A DNA stretch of 64,000 bases from Spirochaetia bacterium (GCA_965220165.1 CBDCPJ010000054.1:321708-385707); one strand, 5' to 3'; shown: positions 11,006 to 21,505, numbered from the stretch's first letter. The notes: generated by a model from the sequence alone, not told the origin. Made by a program: numbers and translations.

Positions 11006-11740
11006 TTAATATTTTGTCTTAAGAAATTTATGTGATAATGAATGATATGCCATTTCAGCTGCCTTACGCTCAGCTTCTTTCTTACTCCTCCCAATGCCCG
11101 GCCCATAAATTTGTTGATTTACGCATACATTGATCCAATATAATAAATCATGATCTGGCCCATTTTTTTTCACAATAGTGTATATTGGACATAATCTAAA
11201 TCTTTTTTGCACATATTCTTGTAGCAATGTTTTATAATCTTGCTGATGTTTATTTTCCCGGGCTTTACTTATTTCAGAAATAAAAAGCTTCAGTATCAAC
11301 TTTCTAGTTGATCGGAATCCTGAATCAAGAAAATATGCTCCCAATATCGCTTCAATAGAATCAGATAAGATAGCCGGCTTCTCGCGACCATTAGAGCATT
11401 CTTCTCCTTTGCCAACTAGCAAGTATTTTTCGATACCCATTCTTCGAGCAACTATGGCTAAACTAGACTCTGAAACAATATAGGAACGCATTCGCGTCAA
11501 ATCACCCTCAGTTTTATCTGGCATTTTTTTATACAGATGATCAGCAATAACTAGCCCCAAAATCGCATCGCCTAAAAATTCTAATCTTTCGTTATTATTA
11601 ACAAATTCTCCGTTCTCATGAGCATAAGAGCGATGGCTTAATGCCAAATTTAACAATTGAGTATTATGAAAATTAATTCCATTATATCTCTGAAAAATTA
11701 CTAAACTATTCTTCCTTTTGTTATCCATCATGGTAACCAT
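11006..11740 (-). CDS. rnc: Ribonuclease III
   Basis: RNase III signature ERLEFLGDAILGLVIADHLY. C-terminal dsRBD (GPGIGRSKKEAERKAAEMAY). Confidence 0.9.
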   Translation of the reverse strand: MVTMMDNKRKNSLVIFQRYNGINFHNTQLLNLALSHRSYAHENGEFVNNNERLEFLGDAILGLVIADHLYKKMPDKTEGDLTRMRSYIVSESSLAIVARRMGIEKYLLVGKGEECSNGREKPAILSDSIEAILGAYFLDSGFRSTRKLILKLFISEISKARENKHQQDYKTLLQEYVQKRFRLCPIYTIVKKNGPDHDLLYWINVCVNQQIYGPGIGRSKKEAERKAAEMAYHSLSHKFLKTKY

Positions 11741-12398
11741 GCAAAAGTATACTGCTTAATATATATTTTTAAAAATATCGTATAAGATAGTATATATTAA
11801 GTTAAATATCCATACGGAGTCAATATCCAAAGCTGATAAATTAATTATATTTAATATAGAACTGTATTGACTGCATGTCAATACAACATTCGTCTATAGC
11901 TCAAGTGGCTATATTTTACACAATTTAATGTCAATTAAGTAATATCGAGTATATTATTCGAGGTATACTAAATATCATAAGTATACTGTTATACTGACAA
12001 TAAATTTTTATATATTTTACTATTCGCTTATTATTCTTATTTTATTTAATAAATTGACCAATTGAATGCCACTCTGATTCGTAGAAGTAATAGGTTTATA
12101 CATCATGTGATGCAGGAAAAATAATGCTCCTCTGCTTAAATTACTCTGTAAAATTGTGTCGGATTTCCCCCAATACTTATCTCCTGTAGTTAAAATAAAT
12201 ATCTCAGAGTAGCAATCTTTCTGCAATTTCCTGTCTGATGTTTAAGCAAGCCCATCGTGTTACTTTACTATCTGATTATTTTTATACATATATATAAAAT
12301 AGGAACAATCAATAACTCCTATCGAGAAATATTTGAAAATAGAATAGTTATTCGCAATAAATCCTATAGTCTCCATTTTTTGTTTCGATAATAGATAT

Positions 12399-13265
12399 AT
12401 GGTACGCGGATGGTATACATCGGCAAGCGGCATGACTGTTCAAAAACATCGTATAGATGCTATTTCAAACAATATCGCCAATGTCAATACAACAGGATAT
12501 AAACGTGACATATCTATTCAAAAAGCTTTTCCAGAATTACTTTTGCGGCGCATACAAGATGACGGTCAATTAAGATTCCCTACCCGTAACATGAGCTTAG
12601 GCTCTATAGACGTTGCTCCTGTAGTAGGAAAATTGGGGACAGGTGTGGAACAAAATGAAGTCTATACTGTATTCACTCAAGGCAGTCTGCGCCAAACCAA
12701 CAATCCTTTTGACATTGCTCTTGAAAAAGAGGGATTTTTTGTTGTAGAAACACCTAATGGAGAACGATATACTCGAAATGGTAGCTTTATCTTAAACAAG
12801 GAAGGCTTATTACTTACAAAAGACGGTTTCCCCGTACTGGGCGATAACGGTCGAATTACTGTTAAACTCAATAATTTTACCGTAGATTCTTTGGGACGGA
12901 TATTTGTTAATCAGAACTTGCAAAACAATCAATTTCGATTGGTTTCCCAGAGAGAAAATGATTGGGAAAATACAATAGAAATCGATCGATTACGCATTAT
13001 CAATGTGCCTCGTCCGCGTTATCTTAGAAAACAGGGTAGCAGTTTGTGGAAGACAAGCAAAGATTCAGGCAATCCTTTTTCGCTAGAAGAATCTGAACGT
13101 CCTAGTATTCAACAAGGTTTTCTAGAAACAGCCAATGTAAATCCTGTAATAGAAATGATCCAAATGATCGAAGTTAATCGAGCTTACGAGGCTAATCAGA
13201 GGGTAATACAAGCACAAGATGAGGCAACTGGGCGGCTTTTAGGGAGAGTGCTCTCATCATCATAG
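12399..13265 (+). CDS. flgF: Flagellar basal-body rod protein, FlgF-like
   Basis: Rod/hook N-terminal motif (SGMTVQKHRIDAISNNIANVNTTGYKRD). C-terminal (ANVNPVIEMIQMIEVNRAYEANQRVIQA). Directly upstream of flgG. Confidence 0.8.
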   Translation: MVRGWYTSASGMTVQKHRIDAISNNIANVNTTGYKRDISIQKAFPELLLRRIQDDGQLRFPTRNMSLGSIDVAPVVGKLGTGVEQNEVYTVFTQGSLRQTNNPFDIALEKEGFFVVETPNGERYTRNGSFILNKEGLLLTKDGFPVLGDNGRITVKLNNFTVDSLGRIFVNQNLQNNQFRLVSQRENDWENTIEIDRLRIINVPRPRYLRKQGSSLWKTSKDSGNPFSLEESERPSIQQGFLETANVNPVIEMIQMIEVNRAYEANQRVIQAQDEATGRLLGRVLSSS

Positions 13266-13321
13266 CAATCTTTCTAGTATTTTATGAAACTAATACCGTC
13301 AACTAAGGAGTAATATATATA

Positions 13322-14116
13322 ATGATGCGTTCTCTTTGGACAGCCGCGTCTGGTATGATTGGACAACAATTCAATATCGACACCATTTCGAATAATTTAT
13401 CCAACGTTAATACAATCGGTTTTAAGCGAAATCGCGCAGACTTTGAAGATTTATTGTATCACACGATTCGAACAGCTGGAGCTCCTGCTACAGAAGACAC
13501 GTTAACGCCTGTTGGCGAAGAAGTGGGGCATGGAGTTAGAGCTGGCGCATCGCAAAAGCTTTACACTCAAGGATCATTGCGACAAACCGGCGAAGTAGCC
13601 GATCTCGCAATAGAAGGAGAGGGTTTCTTGCGCGTGTTGCAGTACAACGGTAGTTTTGCCTATACCCGAGACGGATCGTTTAAGATTGACTCTAATGGTC
13701 AAATAGTTACTTCGAATGGCTATCGGTTAGTTCCTGAAACGATACTACCCGAAGGATTTGAACGAGAATCGATCACTATTTCTCAAGATGGACAATTGAG
13801 CGTTCGCATTGGCGAAAATTCAGAGCCTGTAAACGTTGGACAGATTCAGCTGTATCGCTTTGTGAATCCTGCCGGGCTAGAGGCATTAGGGGAGAATTTG
13901 CTACAGGAAACAGCCGCATCTGGCCCTGCTATCGGTTCGAATCCAGGAGACAATGGGATGGGAATAATATTACACCGGTTTTTGGAACTTTCTAATGTCC
14001 AAGTTGTTGATGAGCTGGTAAATATGATCGTCGCACAAAGAGCGTATGAATTAAATTCCCGTGCGATTCAAACTTCAGATACAATGCTTGGAATAGCCAA
14101 TGGGCTTAGACAATAA
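13322..14116 (+). CDS. flgG: Flagellar basal-body distal rod protein FlgG
   Basis: MMRSLWTAASGMIGQQFNIDTISNNLSNVNTIGFKR N-terminus. C-terminal LSNVQVVDELVNMIVAQRAYELNSRAIQTSD. Confidence 0.85.
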   Translation: MMRSLWTAASGMIGQQFNIDTISNNLSNVNTIGFKRNRADFEDLLYHTIRTAGAPATEDTLTPVGEEVGHGVRAGASQKLYTQGSLRQTGEVADLAIEGEGFLRVLQYNGSFAYTRDGSFKIDSNGQIVTSNGYRLVPETILPEGFERESITISQDGQLSVRIGENSEPVNVGQIQLYRFVNPAGLEALGENLLQETAASGPAIGSNPGDNGMGIILHRFLELSNVQVVDELVNMIVAQRAYELNSRAIQTSDTMLGIANGLRQ

Positions 14117-14125
14117 TACACATTA

Positions 14126-14467
14126 ATGGATATAGTAAATAGAAATTCGTCTGCACAAAATATTCTCAATACCCTAGATCTTAGTCGGATCAATACAACC
14201 GAACAAAAACTGCGCAACACCGCTGATCAATTACGAAATAAAAATAATTTACAAGAAGCAACTCAATCTTTTGAAGCGTTGTTATTGGAGCAAATGTTCA
14301 AAGCGATGCGAAAAACGATCGATAAAAAAAATGCTCTTCTCTATGGTGGATTAAGAGAGGACACTTTTGAAGACATGCTATATAGCGAGTACGCAAAGAA
14401 TATATCTCAGAATGATGGAATCGGCATCGCCTCGCTTATCTATGATCAATTTTCTGCTCACGAATAA
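14126..14467 (+). CDS. flgJ: Flagellar rod-assembly protein FlgJ, rod-binding domain only (113 aa)
   Basis: Rod_binding motif FEALLLEQMFKAMRKT. Sits directly after flgG. No muramidase domain is present in the ORF. Confidence 0.7.
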   Translation: MDIVNRNSSAQNILNTLDLSRINTTEQKLRNTADQLRNKNNLQEATQSFEALLLEQMFKAMRKTIDKKNALLYGGLREDTFEDMLYSEYAKNISQNDGIGIASLIYDQFSAHE

Positions 14468-17205
14468 TCAAAGTAAATACACAACACATTGAATAATCCG
14501 TATTAAAAAGAATAAATCTCTAATCATTCAATAACGATAGACATCATACAAATATCTCTATGCTGGAATTGTTCACTCGAAAGCTCCTGATTTTATCAAG
14601 CATCTATTCGCATTATCTTACTGGGAACACCGCAGAATCGACAATATTCTCCGAGATAGTTTTCGTCTAGCCTGCGGTGGATGAGATGCCGGCAAATTCC
14701 GGACAAGATCAGTTGAATTAGAAAAGAAACTCTGATTTTTTTTCAATGCGGCTATCATTCTGTATATTTTTAACCCTCTGGTTAACCAAATGTAGCTGGA
14801 TTATCCACCATGGGATACTATTCGGCTAAACAACTTACGGTAAGGAACTCCATCAATCAAAAATTTTCTAGGCCGATGGGGTGTCAAAAAAAGAACTTTC
14901 AATCTTCGTCTCCTTGTATTAGCTATCTGAAATAATGGGTACTCTATCTCAGAATAAGATATTCCGGACTACTTCAGAAACATCCTATTTGAAGAATGCT
15001 CAGAAGGAGTTTTCTTTTTTCTGAGCTGTCTCCACAAGAATACCCCAAGAATTGGCAATGTCCCGACTCCTTGATACATTGAAGGATAAAGGTGTTTGCA
15101 CAGATATCAAAGAAACATGATACTCGCTATCGATAGTATCTATTTGCCATGGCAACAGGAATAGTTAGAGAATATCATAAACTCAAATATTATATAGTTG
15201 CATGAAAGTAACCAAGAAGATTGTAATATATAGGGGAGATTTTCTGATAATAACATTCTTCTGGTAAACTCTTGGAACTTCTTCTTGAAATCATGAGAAG
15301 CAGAGGAAAAAAAGACGAGGGTTGCAAAGCGATTTTAGCATCGAATAAGAATCTGATCAAAAAATATATGAATTTATTAGATGCTATTTTCAGAATAGCT
15401 ATCAGTGAAGGCATTGCATTAAAGTTTCGGATCAGATTTCAAATTGATAAGCTGGTATTTTTCTTTAGTCCCCCTGACCTGATATATCCATTACGGATAC
15501 CTCCGACCGGTGAATCTGGAGAAAATACATTGTTATCACAGGAGGCCATTATGAAGACTAATATTTTACCCCCCCCCTCCCACCGCCAAATATTCGAGCG
15601 GGGATCGAACCCACATCTGTTCTCTATTTTAGAAAAAATGCAAAGAAATATAATTTCTCTTGGATTTAAGTGGTCCAAAGAAATTTGAAATACGGTAAAG
15701 TTTTGAATAAAGATGCCCTATGAATGCATTTTTATGCGGAGAACGAATTAGTGTGAGGCTCAGCCTCATACGCCATTTTGAAAAGAGACATTGTCTACTA
15801 ATATTTCTATTGGTACTAATCCTAAACCAGAGAAAAGCGTGCTTTGCTTTTTGCAAGCATTTGCGTGACTTATCGCAATGGCATTCGGTCAAATCAGATG
15901 ATAATCCATCAATCATTGCCATCTAACATGATTCCTCTAGCAAAAAAGAGAAGCAAAGGCGAATCAAGGAACAGCAACAAAAATAATCAAGAAAAATTCA
16001 AGGTCAAATAAATGCTAGAAATGAGGATATGAAACCACTTAATTATTTGTGAGTAATATTGCTTACTTGCTAGCAAGAAAAGTTATTATTGCGCCTAATG
16101 CTACTATCCCAGCAATTTACTTTATTGTAGTGTTTTTTATATTGAACATCTTTTAACTTTTAGGTGAATTATTCCAAGAATTGGACACTATACTCTCTCA
16201 TATTCGGACTCAAGCGGTTTCTTTTTTCGTCTGCCATTATGAAAATATCTTTGCTACCATTAAAAACGTTCTCAACCATAGACAAGCGGTGTGTGCAATG
16301 ACGCTTTGACCATTTTTAATTTTCGACATAGTCGACTAGGTAACATTTAATTCATCGTTCATGTAATGTTGAGATCGCTCATATTACTTCCTTAACTCTT
16401 GGATAGCTCACCTTAGTAAGCTTTAATAATTGTAAATATTTGCGATTTATACGTTACTGTACATGATATTTTACATTGCTATTAAGAAATAATAAAATTA
16501 AAAGGGTGTACCAGACCTGATGGAAGTGAAAATGATGCAAATTCCGACTTGCACCATCCAAATAATGACTGTGATATAGACAATTGGTCAGATGAGCATG
16601 AACCCAATAATGGTTATTATTTGGACGATAAAGAATTAAACAACTAATTTCTGCGTTATTTTATTAGCTCCCTAACTTAAGGAAAATTAACTATGCATTT
16701 AAACTCAAAGCAACCAAGCCCGCCAAACGATTCCATCGCAAAAGGAAATCCTTCTGATATTGAGAGAAGCGGTAATCCATCAAAGGGTAAATAATTATTT
16801 ATTAGTTAGCACCCGTTTATTCAGTTGTTGCCTTTTTAAAATGAGCACTAAACGAATAAATAAGCAAAATGACCCTTACACGTGGTCATCGTACTAAACA
16901 AATTCAACAGCATCGCAATGATAAAAAAGCATGCGCACCAATAAATAGTGGCTGGAGATTTAATACCCACACACATATTTTTAAAAGGAGCGAACTGAGT
17001 AGAACTTTAAGCGCTCCTGATACATTTGACGCGGATAGCCGCACATAGCCAATATTAGGCTACTCATTTCAATCTTATCGCAACTCTCCACCTCAAATAT
17101 ACAACTATCTTTAGAATATATTGGTGCTTTTGTATTTATAATTTCTTCAAGACAAGCGTAGAATTTGCTCATTAATATCTACGCTTATTTGTAACTACCA
17201 TAAAA

Positions 17206-18015
17206 CTAGCCCAGCATTTCACCTTTCATTCTTACTATAAAAGCATCATCACCAAGTTCTAAACGTTGCCGATACAGTTGGTCTGCATCTGATCCAATTA
17301 AATACCGCAAACGATCTTTGCCGTCTGTTGCCGATAGATAAATCTGTTCTGCGACAAATTCCGCTGTGCTCATAGTTATCGATTTCATAAAATTATGGCT
17401 AAATTGCACAAGTAATTCATCGTATGCTGTTACGTCTTCCCGATCGCACATAATTAATGATCGCGTGCCAAAATCGGTTTCCACACCTCCCGGCTCGATG
17501 ATTTTAACCCTAATTCCGAATTGTTTCAGTTCATAAGATAAAGATTCGGAAAATCCTTCTATAGCCCATTTTGTACTATGATAAAGACTCATAAAAGGAA
17601 AGGTTATTTGTCCTCCAATAGATGAAACATTTAGAATAAGTCCATTCGAATTCTCTCTAAAATGGGGGAGAAATGCACGGGTAACGGCCATCATACCAAA
17701 TACATTAGTATCAAATTGCTTCCGTATTTGTTCGTATCGAGCTTTTTCAAATGGGCCGAGCAAACCATAACCCGCATTATTAAGCAAAACATCAACTGTG
17801 CCAAAATCCGAAATTATCTTATCTCTTGCCCGACTAATTTCACTCTCTTTAGTAACATCAAGAGCATAAGTCTCAATATGATCAATATTATTCAATTCAC
17901 TTTCATTACGAGGATTGCGCATAGTTGCCGCTACTTTCCATCCTTTACTAGCAAAATATTTAGCTGATGCTTTCCCAATCCCTGAACTTGCTCCTGTAAT
18001 TACTATACTCTTCAT
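17206..18015 (-). CDS. Short-chain dehydrogenase/reductase (SDR) family oxidoreductase
   Basis: TGASSGIGKA Rossmann motif, NNAG motif, and a catalytic YxxxK (YHSTKWAIEGF). Confidence 0.8.
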   Translation of the reverse strand: MKSIVITGASSGIGKASAKYFASKGWKVAATMRNPRNESELNNIDHIETYALDVTKESEISRARDKIISDFGTVDVLLNNAGYGLLGPFEKARYEQIRKQFDTNVFGMMAVTRAFLPHFRENSNGLILNVSSIGGQITFPFMSLYHSTKWAIEGFSESLSYELKQFGIRVKIIEPGGVETDFGTRSLIMCDREDVTAYDELLVQFSHNFMKSITMSTAEFVAEQIYLSATDGKDRLRYLIGSDADQLYRQRLELGDDAFIVRMKGEMLG

Positions 18016-18226
18016 ACCTCACTCCTATTATCTACAATTAATATTAACATTGGATGCAAGCTATGGAACTCTAGAATAATTATCAATAGATATCTTAAAA
18101 AATTAATATATAATCTCATCATTCTGCCAACACTTAATAGTTGCTTGACATTATAGCTACTAATTCGGTACCATGTTTATCGAACGTGGGTTAGATAATT
18201 AATACTTCTATGGTGCGTACATTTCG

Positions 18227-19060
18227 TTGTATAAACAACATAAAATAATATTCAAAAAGGCAAGTAAGACTTATTTCAACGCGTCAGTCTTCTTTCCTAG
18301 GAAACAGCGTCTTGATGTTTCGACGCTTTACGCGTTTGTGCGCTACGTCGACAATCTTGTCGACTCTATTCCTCCTCACATACAAGAGTTTTACCAATTT
18401 CGCGATGAATATTGGGCTCACTCTAATGGTTGCTCTGCCAGTAATAATTCTATTATTATCTCATTTTTAGAATTAGCTTGCCGTCGCCGCTTCCCAAAAA
18501 AATGGATAGAAGCATTTTTTCGTTCTATGGAAATGGATTTAACCATATCCAACTACAACACTATCGAACAGACTATTGAATACATCTACGGCTCTGCTGA
18601 AGTTATTGGATTGTTTATGGCAAACATCATGAGAATACCTGATTCAGCTTATCATGCCGCAAAACTTCTCGGACGCTCAATGCAATACATCAATTTTATT
18701 CGCGATATCGATGAGGACAACCGATTAGGTAGGCGTTATTTACCTATTGAAGGTAGCGGGCTAAATAATTTATCTAGAAAAGAATGCTCCAATAAGCCAG
18801 ATCTATTTCGCAATTTTGTCAATCTACAACTAGATCTCTATAATAAATGGCGTAACGAAGGAGTGGCCGGATATCAATACATCCCTCGACAAGCGCTAGT
18901 CGCTATTAAAACAGCTGATGATATGTACCGTTGGACCGCGTTATCTATCAAACGAGACCCTTTTATTGTATTTCGGGTAAAAGTAAAACCTACTCGCATG
19001 CGCGTATTCAAACAAGCATTAATAAATCAATTGACCGTCAGGAAGAGAAAATATGTCTGA
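18227..19060 (+). CDS. Squalene/phytoene synthase family enzyme (CrtB/CrtM/HpnD-like)
   Basis: Aspartate-rich motif 1 (YAFVRYVDNLVD), YGSAEVIGLF, and motif 2 (INFIRDIDEDNRLGRRYLP). These are typical of head-to-head isoprenoid synthases. Confidence 0.8.
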   Translation: MYKQHKIIFKKASKTYFNASVFFPRKQRLDVSTLYAFVRYVDNLVDSIPPHIQEFYQFRDEYWAHSNGCSASNNSIIISFLELACRRRFPKKWIEAFFRSMEMDLTISNYNTIEQTIEYIYGSAEVIGLFMANIMRIPDSAYHAAKLLGRSMQYINFIRDIDEDNRLGRRYLPIEGSGLNNLSRKECSNKPDLFRNFVNLQLDLYNKWRNEGVAGYQYIPRQALVAIKTADDMYRWTALSIKRDPFIVFRVKVKPTRMRVFKQALINQLTVRKRKYV

Positions 19061-20204
19061 AAATATAATAAAAAAATGGTTGTCTAAAATAGGTAACTCA
19101 ATCGGCAAATCTACTGATCTTTTTCTACTTAAATCTACGAAAAGATTAAGCGTGGCCTCTCAATTAGGAAGCGATGCCTGCGAAAGACTACGTATTTACT
19201 GTAGCAAAGGAAAAATGCTGCGCGGAGCCATGGTAATATTAGGTTATCGCTTAATCAGCGAAGATCATGGAGTAATCAGCGAAGATCATGGAGCAGAAAA
19301 ATCGACTAGATACTCAGCCGCATTATTGGCGGCCTCATCAATGGAAATGCTCCAAGCATCTTTGCTCATACACGATGATATAATGGACCGTAGCAATTTA
19401 CGACGCGGACAGGCCGCAATCCATGAGCAATACCGCCTTTTTGGCCTCAAACATGAAAAAATGAGCAAAAAACAATGTAGCCATCTAGGCATCTCTCTTG
19501 CCATCTGTCTAGGGGATTTAGCCCAAGTGTATGCAATGGATTTACTTTCGCAAGCTATGTATACCGCAGATATAGACAAAGATGCCCAGCGATCGGTAAT
19601 GAATTCATATGCAAAGGAAGTATCTCAAGTAGGTGCCGCTCAAATGGATGACGTAGCAGGAGGATTAAATATCTACCAACCCACGCTTGATGAAATAATA
19701 AAACTCTATCGCCATAAAACCGGTCGCTATACATTTTCTCTTCCTCTAACTACTGGAGCCACTATTGCCGGAGCTGGCAACGAACAATTAGAAATACTCT
19801 CTTCAATAGGGGAATACCTTGGCATCATCTTTCAAATTCGTGATGATTGGATTGGAATCTACTCCGAGCAAAGTGGAAAATCGCTATATTCCGACATATC
19901 AGAGAATAAAAAAACTATTTATCGTCAGTTGCTATTTAATCAGATTTCCCAACTTAATCCTAGTCAGCGTAAGACATTATCGATATTTGGAGCCCAAACT
20001 GTAACTTCAGAACAAATGCATCAACTGCATCAAATATTGGAACAAACTGGTGTGCGTCATGAAATAGATATGATTTTGAATCGCCATGCCGATATTGTCG
20101 CGAAACATCTTGAAACACTCCGACAGTCATTGCAGCATCCCGATTCATCCTCATGGGAATTGCTTGAATCGCTTATAAAATATAGCCTGTGCCGCTCGTC
20201 ATAA
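19053..20204 (+). CDS. Polyprenyl diphosphate synthase (FPP/GGPP synthase family)
   Basis: FARM (LLIHDDIMDRSNLRRG) and SARM (FQIRDDWIG) DDxxD motifs, with the GKMLRG substrate-binding region. Overlaps the upstream synthase gene by 8 nt, consistent with one operon. Confidence 0.85.
   Translation: MSENIIKKWLSKIGNSIGKSTDLFLLKSTKRLSVASQLGSDACERLRIYCSKGKMLRGAMVILGYRLISEDHGVISEDHGAEKSTRYSAALLAASSMEMLQASLLIHDDIMDRSNLRRGQAAIHEQYRLFGLKHEKMSKKQCSHLGISLAICLGDLAQVYAMDLLSQAMYTADIDKDAQRSVMNSYAKEVSQVGAAQMDDVAGGLNIYQPTLDEIIKLYRHKTGRYTFSLPLTTGATIAGAGNEQLEILSSIGEYLGIIFQIRDDWIGIYSEQSGKSLYSDISENKKTIYRQLLFNQISQLNPSQRKTLSIFGAQTVTSEQMHQLHQILEQTGVRHEIDMILNRHADIVAKHLETLRQSLQHPDSSSWELLESLIKYSLCRSS
19254..19295 (+). 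repeat. In-frame 21-bp tandem duplication inside the polyprenyl synthase gene (encodes ISEDHGV-ISEDHGA)
   Basis: Unit atcagcgaagatcatggagta occurs twice in tandem (20/21 identical) and preserves the reading frame. Confidence 0.8.
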
Positions 20205-20234
20205 CATTAATATAATACCATCCACATGTTTCCA

Positions 20235-21107
20235 TTATAGTGTACCAGGAGAAACAAAAAGAAATTTCCAATTTCCTTGAAGACAATAGCATATTGCCAA
20301 TAACTGCTGGGTATCGTTAAATAGCGCGCAATACGTCTCATCTGCTATTTTGGCGAGAATATTTTTGGGGAGAATACCATTGCTAATAGTGGTTGCAGTT
20401 TTTTGATCAACGAATAACGGCACGATTTCCTTAATATAATCACATAGGTTGTATGATGATATGAGGCGATCGCATAAATCGTTATCGTAAGGCGAAACGG
20501 AATTGTTAACAGAAAATGGACCTATAGAAACACGTCGCAGCCTGGAGATATAGCCTACCGATGAACAAGCGCGCGCTAGATCGCGACCTAGAGATCGAAT
20601 ATAGACTCCGGTTCCGCATTCTATATCGAATACCCCTTCAGGAGGCTGATACTTAATAAGACGCAAGCTATAAATTTCAACGGTTCGCGGCTTCATGAGA
20701 AACTGAAAACCTTGGCGGGAAAGTTGATATGCTCGCTTTCCATTAACATGCATGGCAGAATATCGAGGAGGAATTTGAACAATATGCCCACAAAAATCAG
20801 CGATCGCCGCTTTTAGACGCTCCTCTGATGGCGGTTCGGCGTATTCTACAGGAACACCTTCTGGATCTAATGTATCTGTTTCGATACCAAAATGGATTAT
20901 TGCGCGATAGCACTTTTTCATTGTATGAAAATAACTCGTCAGGCGAGTCAACGAACCTACTAATGCAATAATTAAGCCTTCGGCAAATGGATCCAATGTG
21001 CCACAATGTCCAACGCGAGATATTCCGAGGCTTCGCTTTAGCGGAATAAGGGCTTTAAATGAAGAAAGGTTTTTCGGTTTATTGAGTAAGACAATACCAG
21101 ATAACAC
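20235..21107 (-). CDS. truB: tRNA pseudouridine-55 synthase
   Basis: GHCGTLDPFAEGLI catalytic motif. Conserved nusA-infB-rbfA-truB gene order. Confidence 0.9.
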   Translation of the reverse strand: MLSGIVLLNKPKNLSSFKALIPLKRSLGISRVGHCGTLDPFAEGLIIALVGSLTRLTSYFHTMKKCYRAIIHFGIETDTLDPEGVPVEYAEPPSEERLKAAIADFCGHIVQIPPRYSAMHVNGKRAYQLSRQGFQFLMKPRTVEIYSLRLIKYQPPEGVFDIECGTGVYIRSLGRDLARACSSVGYISRLRRVSIGPFSVNNSVSPYDNDLCDRLISSYNLCDYIKEIVPLFVDQKTATTISNGILPKNILAKIADETYCALFNDTQQLLAICYCLQGNWKFLFVSPGTL

Positions 21108-21146
21108 TTACGGCACTAGCTTATTGCAATAATTTATAATAATCCG

Positions 21147-21503
21147 TTAGCGAGAGCTTGGAAAATCTGTTAGAATTCGAGCAACTTCCAAGCTATTGCG
21201 CAAACTTGAAGCAGCACGGAAATAGAGTTTGGGAGTCACTCGCAAATTAAGAGATTTAACTATTTGGCGCTGTAAATATCCCGACGCATGATTTAGAGCT
21301 TCTACTCCCTTATTAATTTGCCGCTCAGTCGATAGAGACGAAATAATTATGGTAGCGGCACGCAAGTCGCTTGACAAATTTATTTCACACGCTGTTAAAA
21401 AATCTGATACCCTACGATCGCGAATATAACCGCTGGAAATAAGTAAATTAATTTGGCGTAGAATACGCTGAGATATCCGTTCAAAACGTATAGATGATTG
21501 CAT
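21147..21503 (-). CDS. rbfA: Ribosome-binding factor A
   Basis: 118-aa ORF between infB and truB. KH-like RbfA core (VSDFLTACEINLSSDLRAATIIIS). Confidence 0.8.
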   Translation of the reverse strand: MQSSIRFERISQRILRQINLLISSGYIRDRRVSDFLTACEINLSSDLRAATIIISSLSTERQINKGVEALNHASGYLQRQIVKSLNLRVTPKLYFRAASSLRNSLEVARILTDFPSSR

Positions 21504-21505
21504 AA

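Noticed and set aside
12020-12226. 68-aa minus-strand ORF in the rnc-flgF intergenic region
   Set aside because: No ribosome-binding site and no motif. It sits in a divergent promoter region. Probably random.
12300-12398. Possible sigma28-type promoter (CGATAA) before flgF
   Set aside because: The CGATAA box abuts the start codon and the TAAA spacing is wrong (~24 nt). Not convincing.
14560-15000. Looked for RNase P RNA, tmRNA or group II intron signatures in the gene-poor region
   Set aside because: There are only short hairpins (CCGCAG...CTGCGG; CCGG-caaatt-CCGG) and a weak resemblance to the RNase P 3' region. No P4 consensus, no tmRNA tag or acceptor pair, and no domain V motif.
15548-15556. 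C9 homopolymer considered as a phase-variation tract
   Set aside because: It is not positioned in or just upstream of any credible gene. It may simply be part of a decayed region.
16981-17172. 63-aa Cys-containing ORF downstream of the SDR gene
   Set aside because: No Shine-Dalgarno sequence and no recognisable motif. Kept out of the feature list, though a real small protein cannot be excluded.
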